Of a stretch of DNA of 64,000 nt, positions 21,535-30,131 are shown one piece after another (positions within the stretch are counted from its first letter, which is position 1; the number at the start of each line of letters is the position of its first letter). Origin of the DNA: an uncultured delta proteobacterium (GTDB taxonomy: Bacteria; Myxococcota; Myxococcia; Myxococcales; Myxococcaceae). Position numbers and translations under genes: made by a program. The stretch is taken from positions 1,056,001 to 1,120,000 of the forward strand of contig CAWCKH010000004.1 in NCBI GenBank assembly GCA_963796055.1, in the 5' to 3' direction. The notes beneath the pieces were generated by a model. The model saw nothing but the letters and a program-made list of their open reading frames with translations. It did not search any database and was not told the origin of the DNA.

Positions 21535-22101
21535 ATGGCCGGTAAGCCGCGGTGCGGCTGGGTGACGGACGAGCCGCTCTACATCCGATACCACGACGAG
21601 GAGTGGGGGCGGCCGGTCCACGACGACCGGACGCTCTTCGAGTTCCTGGTGCTCGAGGGTGCGCAGGCCGGACTGTCGTGGTCGACGATTCTCCGGAAGC
21701 GCGAAGGCTACCGGCGGGCGTTCGCCGGGTTCGACCCGGAGCGGGTGGCGCGCTTCCGCCCGGCGCGCATCGAGGCGCTGCTCCAGGATCCCGGCATCGT
21801 GCGCAACCGGGCCAAGGTGACGTCCGCGGTGGAGAACGCGCGGGCGTTCCTGGAGGTACAGCGAGAGCGTGGCTCCTTCGAGGCGTTCGCCTGGAGCTTC
21901 GTGGGGGGCAAGCCCATCCGCCGCCGGCCCAGAACGCTGAAGCAGGTGCCCGCGACGACCCCCGAGTCCGACACCCTCAGCAAGGCGCTCCGAGCGCGAG
22001 GCTTCCGCTTCGTCGGTTCCACCATCTGCTACGCGTTCATGCAGGCGTGCGGGCTGGTGGATGACCACGTCCAGGGATGCTTCCTGGCCGCGAGGCGCTG
22101 A
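21535..22101 (+). CDS. tag: DNA-3-methyladenine glycosylase I
   Basis: RCGW, YHDEEWG, LEGAQAGLSW and DDHVQGC motifs. Confidence 0.96.
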   Translation: MAGKPRCGWVTDEPLYIRYHDEEWGRPVHDDRTLFEFLVLEGAQAGLSWSTILRKREGYRRAFAGFDPERVARFRPARIEALLQDPGIVRNRAKVTSAVENARAFLEVQRERGSFEAFAWSFVGGKPIRRRPRTLKQVPATTPESDTLSKALRARGFRFVGSTICYAFMQACGLVDDHVQGCFLAARR

Positions 22102-22143
22102 GCCCCGGTGCCCGCCCGCCCCTGGAGCGGACGATTCCCCCGG

Positions 22144-23172
22144 TCAGCGCCGGGCGAGCTGGGCCAGGAACTCCACCGCCTGCGCCTCGGCCCAGAAGCG
22201 CGGGCGCACAAGGCTGCCGGCGAGAAAGCCCACGTGCCCGCCCCGGGCCGTGCGGAGGAGCTGGAGGTGCGGATTCTGGATGGACGCCGGCAACGTCTCC
22301 CGCGGAATCATCGGATCGTCCTCGGCGCTGATGCAGAGCACCGGCCGGCGGATGGATTCCAGGAGGGGGCCGGAGGAGGCGCGCGCGTAGTAGTCGTCCG
22401 CGTCGCGGTACCCGTTGCTCGGCGCAGTGAAGGCATCGTCGAAGGCGTGAAAGGTCCGGGCGCGGCGGACACCCTCCGGCGAGAGGCCGGAGGCCGGGTG
22501 CTCGCGAAGCTTGCCCAGGGCCTTGCTCCGCAGGGTCCTCAGGAAGAAGCGGCGGTAGATGGCTCCGCCACTCCAGGGCGCGTCGAGCGCGCGGGCGCAG
22601 GCGGCGAGGTCGAAGGGCGTGCTCACCGCCACCGCGGCGTCGATGGGCGCGTCGGTCCCGGACTCGGCAAGGAGCTTGAGGAGCGCGTTGGCCCCCAGCG
22701 AGTAGCCGATCGCGAACAGCGGCCCCCGGACCCCGGCGTCGTGGATGCGCCTGGCGACCAGGCGCGGATCCTCGGTCTCGCCCGAGCAGTAGGACCGGAG
22801 CGCGCGGTTGGGCTCCCCGCTGCAGCCCCGCCAGGCCATCGCCACCGCGCCCCAGCCCCGACAGGCGATCTCGTTGAGCGTCGCGCGCACGTAGCCGGAG
22901 CCCGGTGTGCCCTCGAGGCCGTGCAGGACCAGCACGTGGGGGACCTCCGGCGGAGCGTCGAGCCAATCGAGGTCCAGAAAGTCTCCGTCGTGCGTGTCCA
23001 CGCGCTCGCGCCGCAGCGGTGGAGGACGGGGCCGGCGGATGAGATGGGCGAGCAACGTCTGTCGCTGTGGTCCGGCGGCACCCCACGCGGGCCGGAAGGG
23101 GTCGGTGGGGGTGAACGGCGCCTCCGCGCGCCGGGCCTCGGTGCCCGGAGCGGACGGAGTCTGCCCGGTCAT
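22144..23172 (-). CDS. YheT-family alpha/beta hydrolase
   Basis: DFLDLDW, HGLEG, GYSLG, DDP and GGHVGF motifs. Confidence 0.9.
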   Translation of the reverse strand: MTGQTPSAPGTEARRAEAPFTPTDPFRPAWGAAGPQRQTLLAHLIRRPRPPPLRRERVDTHDGDFLDLDWLDAPPEVPHVLVLHGLEGTPGSGYVRATLNEIACRGWGAVAMAWRGCSGEPNRALRSYCSGETEDPRLVARRIHDAGVRGPLFAIGYSLGANALLKLLAESGTDAPIDAAVAVSTPFDLAACARALDAPWSGGAIYRRFFLRTLRSKALGKLREHPASGLSPEGVRRARTFHAFDDAFTAPSNGYRDADDYYARASSGPLLESIRRPVLCISAEDDPMIPRETLPASIQNPHLQLLRTARGGHVGFLAGSLVRPRFWAEAQAVEFLAQLARR

Positions 23173-24077
23173 CAGCTGCGCTCCGGCACCCGGGCGTCGG
23201 GCTGGCGGGCCTCGGGCGGGGACACCGCCCCGGCGTCGACCGCCTGCACCGACTCGAGCGCCTCCGCCACCGCGGACACCTCGCTGGAGAGCGTGTCCAG
23301 GCTCTGCCGGAGCCGGTCGGCCGCCGCCTTCTCCTGTCCGGCCTCGGCGTTGGAGCGGACGGCCAGCACCTGGGTATGCAGCCCCTCGAGCGTGTACAGC
23401 AGCCGGGTGCGCTCGGCCTCCAGGCGGGAGGCCGCGGTGAGCAGAGAAGCGCGCTGGCTCCGCTGCTGGTCGAGCGCCTCCAGGGCCTGGCCGAGCCGCT
23501 GCCGGGTCACCGCGTCCTGCTCCGAGGCCAGCCGCTGCTGCAGCGAGTCGCGCTCGGACTGGAGGCGTGCGTCGTCCTCGGGCCGAGCCAGCGCGCGGAT
23601 CTCGCGCTCCCGCCGCTCGAGCGCGTGGACTCCATCCCGCAGCGCCTGGACCGTCTCCTCGGGACGCTGGACGATTTCCCGGAGAACCGGGGGAGCGCTC
23701 TGGATGTCAGCGAGGAGCTGGTCGCAGAGGGCGTCCACCCGGGCGAGCCGGGCGTCCACGCCGGTGTCGTCGCGCACGGCCTCGCCTTCCACTTCGGGCC
23801 CGCGGCGGCCGATGAGCCGTCGGCTCCCCTCGAAGATCATCCACAGGGCGATGAACAGCAGCCAGAACGGGGCACCATCGACGACGAGGATGGTGAGCGC
23901 AGCGGCGCCGGCGAGCAGGAATGCCCCGCTCCGTGGGCTCCGGCGCCGGGCCCCGCGGCGGGCGGCACGGCGTTCGCGGCGCTCCTGACGCCGGGCGGCG
24001 CGGCGCGCACGACGGTCGTCCTCCACCGCCAGCGCCCGCTGCATCCGTCGTACGTCCGCCTCGAACCGGTCGCTCAC
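23172..24077 (-). CDS. Hypothetical protein with 2 TMs and a coiled coil
   Basis: Hydrophobic hairpin followed by a long coiled coil; 1-bp overlap with the downstream gene. Confidence 0.7.
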   Translation of the reverse strand: MSDRFEADVRRMQRALAVEDDRRARRAARRQERRERRAARRGARRRSPRSGAFLLAGAAALTILVVDGAPFWLLFIALWMIFEGSRRLIGRRGPEVEGEAVRDDTGVDARLARVDALCDQLLADIQSAPPVLREIVQRPEETVQALRDGVHALERREREIRALARPEDDARLQSERDSLQQRLASEQDAVTRQRLGQALEALDQQRSQRASLLTAASRLEAERTRLLYTLEGLHTQVLAVRSNAEAGQEKAAADRLRQSLDTLSSEVSAVAEALESVQAVDAGAVSPPEARQPDARVPERS

Positions 24078-24157
24078 GTCTGTCCTCGCCCCGTGGGCGA
24101 CCGAATCTGCCGGTCCGGCGGCCGCGGCGCCAGCCTTCCTTCGAGGGGTCGGTCACG

Positions 24158-24194
24158 AGGTGTCTGGCACCCCGGGGGCCGCACCCCGGGGGCC
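24158..24194. repeat. REP-like 17-mer plus 14-bp tandem duplication (copy 2)
   Basis: aggtgtctggcaccccg, then gcaccccgggggcc twice. Confidence 0.65.
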
Positions 24195-24202
24195 GGGCTC
24201 CC

Positions 24203-25264
24203 TCAGTGCGCGTGGCGGTGATGCGCGTCGGACACGTGCGCGTGGGCGTGCGTCAGCGGCGCGTGACGATGGGGATGCGCGTGCGGCGTGGTGGGGTCCA
24301 CGCCGTCCGGATGTGGATGCTGGTGGTGCGCGTCGTGCACGTGCCGGTGGCTGTGCTCCAGCACCTCGTGGGTGTGCTCGTGCCCGTGCCGCTCGCGGAC
24401 GAGGATCGCCACTCCCACCACCATCGCCGCGCCCGCCGCCAGCTGCAGGGCACCCAGCCGCTCGCCCAGCACCGGCACCGAGAGCAGCGCCCCGGCGAAG
24501 GGCGCGGTGGCGAAGAACGCCGCCTCCCGGGCCGCCCCGAGCAGCCGCAGCGCGAACGCATCGAGCAGCACGCTCGCCCCGTACGCCAGCGCTCCGAGCG
24601 CCAGCGTCGAGACGGCCACCCGCCCGCCGGGGAGCCGCTCGCCGAGGAGCAGCGCCAGCGAGACCATCCCGGTGCCCGCGCCCAGCGTCTTGGCGATGAC
24701 CAGCTGCCACGGATCCTTGCCCGCCAACCCCTGGGTCAGGTTGTTGTCCAGGGCCCAGGCGCCACACGCCGTGGCGAGCAGGAGCACGCCCGAGAGACGG
24801 GTCGATTCCGCGCCCCCGCCGGGGAGGGCGAGAAGGCACGCACCGCCGAACACCAGCGCCGCGCCGAGCGCCGAGCGCCGACCGAGGTGCTCGCCAAAGA
24901 GCGTGAGCGCCACCAGCACGGTGAGCGGCCCCTCGAGGTTGAGCAGCAACGCCCCGCTCACGCCCGAGACGCTCCGCAGCCCGTGCACCAGCGCGAGCGG
25001 GCCGACGACGCCGCCCAGCAGCACGATGGCCAGCACCCGGGGGAGGTCTGCCCGCCCCAGGCTCGCCTCCACGATGCGGCGCCGCGCCAGGAGCTTCACC
25101 GTGCCGACCGCCAGCCCCCCGCCGAGGTAGAGCAGGCCCGCGAGCAGCAGCGGCGGGACCTCGGGAAGGAGCCGCTTGGTGATGGGAACGCTCGCCCCGA
25201 ACAGCACCGCGGAGGCGAGCCCCGAGGCAGCACCGAGGAAGAACGGACGCGCGGTCTCGGCCAT
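24203..25264 (-). CDS. DMT/EamA transporter with His-rich C-terminal tail
   Basis: About 10 TMs, WALDNNLT motif, tail HGHEHTH...HHRHAH. Confidence 0.9.
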   Translation of the reverse strand: MAETARPFFLGAASGLASAVLFGASVPITKRLLPEVPPLLLAGLLYLGGGLAVGTVKLLARRRIVEASLGRADLPRVLAIVLLGGVVGPLALVHGLRSVSGVSGALLLNLEGPLTVLVALTLFGEHLGRRSALGAALVFGGACLLALPGGGAESTRLSGVLLLATACGAWALDNNLTQGLAGKDPWQLVIAKTLGAGTGMVSLALLLGERLPGGRVAVSTLALGALAYGASVLLDAFALRLLGAAREAAFFATAPFAGALLSVPVLGERLGALQLAAGAAMVVGVAILVRERHGHEHTHEVLEHSHRHVHDAHHQHPHPDGVDPTTPHAHPHRHAPLTHAHAHVSDAHHRHAH

Positions 25265-25295
25265 GGTCCTGTCGGCGCAGCCTACCCTCCGGAGG

Positions 25296-25889
25296 TTAGG
25301 GGCGCCGCAGCCTCCGCGGCCGGCCCAGCCGGATCCCCTCGGCGCGTCTCGGCCGAGGCACCGCCGGCCCAATCGGGTCCGGGCACACCGACCTCAGCCG
25401 GCACCGGCCGCACTCCGCGCCCGACCACACCGACTCGAAGAGCGCGGTGACCCGGTCCACCGTGTCGAAGTCCTCGGTCACCACGCCCAGCTCGAAGTTT
25501 CTCGTGTCGGGGTGCTTCGCTCCGAGCCCGGCACCGGTCAGGTTGGCGCTGCCGAGGTAGAGCCAGGCACCGTCTACCCGGACGCACTTGAAATGGACCC
25601 GGGGGCAGATCTTCAGCTGGAGCCCACCCTGGACCAGCGTCCGCGAGCGATCGAACGCGGCACGAAATGGTCGGCTCGGCAGCTCGGCATGCAGCAGCCG
25701 CAGCTCCACCCCGCGCCGGGCCAGCGTCCGGAACAGCGCCAGCACCGGGGCGAAACGCCCCCCCGGCTGCTGCTCCACCATCATCGCCTTGACATTGGCG
25801 GTGGCGATCCACACCGACTCGCGGGCCTCGGCCATCTTCTCCAGCACCACGGTGCGGTACAGGTCGGCTCCACTCAGGAGCTCGGCCAC
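25296..25889 (-). CDS. Single-HKD phospholipase D-like protein with C-terminal Cys cluster
   Basis: HFKCVRVD, GSANLT, NFELG, then CGRCRLRSVC; start approximate. Confidence 0.85.
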   Translation of the reverse strand: MAELLSGADLYRTVVLEKMAEARESVWIATANVKAMMVEQQPGGRFAPVLALFRTLARRGVELRLLHAELPSRPFRAAFDRSRTLVQGGLQLKICPRVHFKCVRVDGAWLYLGSANLTGAGLGAKHPDTRNFELGVVTEDFDTVDRVTALFESVWSGAECGRCRLRSVCPDPIGPAVPRPRRAEGIRLGRPRRLRRP

Positions 25890-25983
25890 GATGGGTCGGG
25901 GCGGGGACGTGGTTGTCCTGGCTAGCACGGGACCCTGATGCCCACGCGCCGGTCCCTCGAAAGGCGTACGCTCCGGGGCCGCC

Positions 25984-26640
25984 GTGGAGCTCACCGTGGT
26001 CCCCCACCCGCTGCTCGCGCTGCGCGCCTTCGTGACGCAGTTCCCCGCGCCGCTGGGAAAGCTGCCCCTCGACGTCTACCGCGACCTGCTCGCGCCCGGC
26101 GCGCGCGGGCCCGTCCAGGGGAGCGAGGAGGTGCGGACCGCCATCCGCGACCTGCTCCGGCACGGCGGGTACAAGCCCACCGGCCGGGGGAAACCGGCGT
26201 CGGAGTACCTGGTGCGCGCCGCCGGCGAAGGGAAGCTCACCCCCATCAACGCCGCGGTCGACGTGGGCAACGTGGTGGCGCTCCACTCGGGCATGCCGAT
26301 CAGCGTGGTGGACGTGGACCGGCTCCGTGCCCCCGTCCGGGTGGACGTCGCACCCGCCGGGACCCGCTATGTGTTCAACTCCTCGGGTCAGGAGATCGAC
26401 CTGGAGGGCCTCCTCTGCCTGTTCGACGCCGAGGGGCCGTGCGCCAATGCGGTGAAGGACTCGGCCCGCACCAAGACCTCCGACACCACGACCACCACCC
26501 TCACCCTGGTGTGGGGAGCGCTGGCCGCGGGAGACGTCGACCAGGCGGTGGGCTGGGCCTGGGAGCTGCTGGGCCGCGTGGGGGCGACGGTGGACCTGGT
26601 GGAACTCGCCACCACCCCGGGCGCTAGTACATCTCGCTGA
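25984..26640 (+). CDS. Stand-alone B3/B4 (PheRS beta editing-like) domain protein
   Basis: YKPTGRGKPASEYL and INAAVDVGN motifs. Confidence 0.85.
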   Translation: MELTVVPHPLLALRAFVTQFPAPLGKLPLDVYRDLLAPGARGPVQGSEEVRTAIRDLLRHGGYKPTGRGKPASEYLVRAAGEGKLTPINAAVDVGNVVALHSGMPISVVDVDRLRAPVRVDVAPAGTRYVFNSSGQEIDLEGLLCLFDAEGPCANAVKDSARTKTSDTTTTTLTLVWGALAAGDVDQAVGWAWELLGRVGATVDLVELATTPGASTSR

Positions 26641-27067
26641 GCTCGACGGACCGCGTGTCCTTGAAGCGGTGCTCCAGCGCGCCGAGCACCGCGCGCGCCC
26701 GGGCCGCGACCCGGAACAGGGTCGCGTCCAGCACCTCGATGCGCATTGCCAGCTCTCCGGGCGCATCGCCCACCCTGGGAGCCCGCGCCCAGCCGTCGAG
26801 CCGGACGTCCACCGGAGTGCGGAGCACTGCGGCGAGCGCCTTCAGCTGCTCCCACGACAGCTCCAGACCGAACTTTCGGGAGGAGGCCTGCGACTCCAAA
26901 TCTTTGAGGCCCGCCGGCCACACCGCGCTCACCTCGTCGCGGGCCTCGATGTACCGGAGCGTCCAGATCAGCCGCGAGGCAGGAGGGTCCGCCAGGCGGA
27001 GGATCTCCTCCAGGCTGCCGGCCAGCTTGCCGTGCTCGTCAGTGTCGAAGATCTCGAGGGCGCGCAT
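26624..27067 (-). CDS. Hypothetical protein
   Basis: Natural-looking composition; co-oriented downstream of the TonB receptor. Confidence 0.65.
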   Translation of the reverse strand: MRALEIFDTDEHGKLAGSLEEILRLADPPASRLIWTLRYIEARDEVSAVWPAGLKDLESQASSRKFGLELSWEQLKALAAVLRTPVDVRLDGWARAPRVGDAPGELAMRIEVLDATLFRVAARARAVLGALEHRFKDTRSVELSEMY

Positions 27068-27177
27068 CCCGTGAAACACGAGAGGTTAGCCGGGAACCGG
27101 CGAGAGTCCGCGTCGGTGGAGCGCTGGACTGAACGCCCACCTGCGCCGCACACCTCGCACCTGCCCCGGCGTCCCAC

Positions 27178-29565
27178 TCAGAAGTTGACGGAGCCCCGGA
27201 CGTAGACGCTGCGCCCCGGCGCCCAGTGGCTTCCGTTGAAGCCGTTGGCGATCCGGTACGCGTACTGGGCGTCGAAGAGGTTCACCACGTCGATGGCCAG
27301 CGTGGGCCTGAGCGGAAGATTCACGAATTCGTGTGCCAGCGTCAGGTCCACCCGGACCCACCCCGGCACGTGGCTCAGGTTGTCGGCGCCGGTGCGGAGC
27401 CCGCTGGCGTAGGAGACCAGCATCGAGACCATCGTCGGCCCATCCCGGTAGTTCGCCCCGGCATTGGCGGTCCAGGTCTGCGAGTGATCGAGCGTCTGCC
27501 ACTCGTTGTTGGCCAGGTCGGCCGGGTCGAACAGGTACTGGGCCGTCGCGATGCCCTTGCCTTGCGCCGTGCCGAACGAGAGGTTCCCGAAGGCGGTCAG
27601 CTTCTGGGTGATGATCCAGTCCGCGGTGGCCTCGATGCCGCCCGCCCGCCCCTCGGAGAAGTTGTACGGGGTGGTGATGCCGGTGTTGCCCACCTCGGTC
27701 TCGTCGAGCTGGTCGGTGGCGAGCTTGCCCCAGAGAGTGAGCCCGAGCGTCAACGCGGGCACCACCCGGGCCCGGACGCCCACCTCGGCGTAGCGATCCT
27801 TCTCTGGACGCAGGTCATAGGGGATGGGCTGGCCCGGCTGCACCGTTCCCGTCAGACGGGCGCCGGCCGCGGCGTCGGTCACCGAGGGAGGGACCCAGAG
27901 GAGACCGAAGAAGGCGTGGGCCACCACGTCCGGGGTGAACGCCCAGGCCGCACCGATCCGGGGGCTCACCCCGACGTCGGTCTTGCTCTCCGCGCCCGCG
28001 CCCGGCGTCGCACTCTGGAAGTCCACCCTCAGGCCCCCGGTCAAGGTGAGCTTCCCCAGGGTGAAGCGGTCCTGCGCGTACGCCCCGCCGCTGGTGGCGG
28101 TGGGGTCGTCCGCGCCCTGCCCGATCCGGACCAAGTCCGGAGGCGGCACGAGCTGGCGCTGGTACGCGTCGTACGCCGTGTTGCCCCAGAGCTGATCCAG
28201 GCTCAGGCCGAACTTCAGGGTGTGCTGGTCCCCGAGGCGCTGGAGGTAGTCGGCGACCATGCCGGCGTGGTCTGCGCGGCGGTTGACGTTGCTCACTCCG
28301 GGGCAGTCGTCCTGCGTCCCGCCCGCCGGACAGACCTGCGTCGAGTCGAGCGCGTGCTCGGGATCCCCGAAGAACTTCGCCGCCGAGTGCCGGACGTAAC
28401 CCGCGATGCGCAGCGATCGCGCGGCGTCGAAGTCGTGCCGGTAGGAGACGATGCCGAAGAGGTCGTTCTCGGTCTCGCTCTGCTGGGTGTCGGGCGGAAA
28501 ATACGGCGGCGGCGGGTTCCCGAACTCGTCGGGCGTGGTGTTCCCCGGCTGCAGCGTGGGGTCGATGGGGATCTGGAACCGGTCGTGCGAGTAGCTGAGC
28601 AGCGTCGACACGTGGTCGCGGTCGTTGAGGTCCACGTCCACCTTGGCGAACACCCGGCCCTGCTGGGCCTTGTCGTTCAGGTACGTCGTCGGGTTCGGCG
28701 GGTCCAGACCGCGGTTGGTCCAGTTGAGGCTCCCGCCGACCAAATACGAGACCGCCCCCAGCTTCTGTCCCCAGTATCCGCCGGGGGTGACGGTGTCGAA
28801 GCTGCCGTAGAGCAGGTCCAGCCGCCCCTCTCCCTCGGGCGGCGGGCGGCGCGAGTTGAGGTTCACCACCGCCGACAGCCGCTGTCCGTACTCGGCCGGG
28901 AGCCCGCCGGTGATGACCTCCATGTTTTCCACCAGCCGCGGGGTGAGGAACTGCCCGAAGAGGCCGGAGACGGTGTCCGGGAGCGGCACGCCGTCCAGCT
29001 GGTACTGGATGTTGGCGTGGTTGCCTCGGACGTAGATCTGCCCCAGCGCGTCGTAGACGAACCCCGGCTGGGTGGCGAGGATCTCGTTGACCGACGCCGA
29101 GTCCCCGCGCGGGCGGGCCTCGATGTCCTCCCGCTGGATCTGCGTGGCCGAGCTGGTGGTGGTCGGCGGCCGGGGCGCCTCGCGCTTCGGGGCCACCACG
29201 GCCACCGTCTCCTCCAGCGTGGGCAGGGTGACGTCGAGCTCCAGCACGTCCCCCGAGGCGATGAGCACCTCGCGGTCGTCCAGCCGCCCGTCGGGCGCGG
29301 CGAAGGTGAGCCGGTACTTGCCGAACGGGACCTGCTCGAGCTCGAAGTGGCCGGTGGCGTCGGTGGGGTGCTTGTCCACAGTGACCTTGCCCCGGAGCAA
29401 GGTCACCTGCGTGTCCGGGATGGGCTTGCCGTTCTCGTCATGCACCGACCCGTGCACGATCCCGAGGTTGGCGGCGAGCGCGGGCAGGCTCCAGCCGGCC
29501 AGCAGCAGGGAGGTCAGGACGGCGAGTCTTCGACGAGACGACGGGCGGTGTGTGCAGCAGGGCAT
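27178..29565 (-). CDS. TonB-dependent receptor with N-terminal carboxypeptidase-regulatory-like domain
   Basis: Signal peptide, YVRGNH...QLDG plug, NLFD...PGRSVYVRGSVNF C-terminus. Confidence 0.93.
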   Translation of the reverse strand: MPCCTHRPSSRRRLAVLTSLLLAGWSLPALAANLGIVHGSVHDENGKPIPDTQVTLLRGKVTVDKHPTDATGHFELEQVPFGKYRLTFAAPDGRLDDREVLIASGDVLELDVTLPTLEETVAVVAPKREAPRPPTTTSSATQIQREDIEARPRGDSASVNEILATQPGFVYDALGQIYVRGNHANIQYQLDGVPLPDTVSGLFGQFLTPRLVENMEVITGGLPAEYGQRLSAVVNLNSRRPPPEGEGRLDLLYGSFDTVTPGGYWGQKLGAVSYLVGGSLNWTNRGLDPPNPTTYLNDKAQQGRVFAKVDVDLNDRDHVSTLLSYSHDRFQIPIDPTLQPGNTTPDEFGNPPPPYFPPDTQQSETENDLFGIVSYRHDFDAARSLRIAGYVRHSAAKFFGDPEHALDSTQVCPAGGTQDDCPGVSNVNRRADHAGMVADYLQRLGDQHTLKFGLSLDQLWGNTAYDAYQRQLVPPPDLVRIGQGADDPTATSGGAYAQDRFTLGKLTLTGGLRVDFQSATPGAGAESKTDVGVSPRIGAAWAFTPDVVAHAFFGLLWVPPSVTDAAAGARLTGTVQPGQPIPYDLRPEKDRYAEVGVRARVVPALTLGLTLWGKLATDQLDETEVGNTGITTPYNFSEGRAGGIEATADWIITQKLTAFGNLSFGTAQGKGIATAQYLFDPADLANNEWQTLDHSQTWTANAGANYRDGPTMVSMLVSYASGLRTGADNLSHVPGWVRVDLTLAHEFVNLPLRPTLAIDVVNLFDAQYAYRIANGFNGSHWAPGRSVYVRGSVNF

Positions 29566-29656
29566 TCGGGTGGCTCGAGGGACGGCGTGCGAGACGGCTC
29601 GGGTCGCGTGGCCCGGCTATGCGGACACGCGCAGGACCAGGAACGGACGAGGACCG

Positions 29657-30052
29657 TCAGACCGGCGGCGATTGCTTCGGCGCGCAGCGGAGCGCCCGTC
29701 CGCCCGGCGCGGCGACCGGGTCGGGTGCCCGCGCGCGCCGCAGTGGGTGCGACGGCGCGAGGACTTCCGAAAAGGCGCCGACTTCCTGCCGAGCCTCGCG
29801 CCTCACCCACTCGGCGGAGCAGTGTGAGTGCGCATCGGCGCGGACAGCGAGCGCGCGGCCGACGCCGGGAAGCGCGGGCATGGCCGTGCCTTCCGCACGC
29901 GCGGAGGCGCCGTCGAGGTCCACCATCACCCCGTGTTCCCAGCAAACGCCGTGGGGCGCGGCAGCGAGGTGGGCCATCGCGCCCAGCTGGAACAGCACCA
30001 CCGCCGCGGCGCACAGCGGAATCCAGCGGGGCAATGTCCGTCCAGCGCTCAT
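29657..30052 (-). CDS. His/Cys-rich leader protein, DUF2946-like
   Basis: Hydrophobic N-terminus, HxxxxxHxxCxxHG and HSHC motifs, C-terminal APKQSPP; directly upstream of the TonB receptor. Confidence 0.75.
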   Translation of the reverse strand: MSAGRTLPRWIPLCAAAVVLFQLGAMAHLAAAPHGVCWEHGVMVDLDGASARAEGTAMPALPGVGRALAVRADAHSHCSAEWVRREARQEVGAFSEVLAPSHPLRRARAPDPVAAPGGRALRCAPKQSPPV

Positions 30053-30131
30053 CGAGCCTCGGGGCGGGGGGTCCTAACCAACGCGACGGTGGGACCGCAA
30101 CGTCGGTTGCTGCTCGTCGAGCGCTTTCGGA

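Noticed and set aside
18080..21565. Very long alternative-frame or antisense ORFs (also 262-2652, 27226-30282, 57681-61364, 58246-61221 and others)
   Set aside because: Shadow ORFs of GC-rich genes: Arg/Gly/Pro-rich, without motifs, and overlapping well-supported CDSs.
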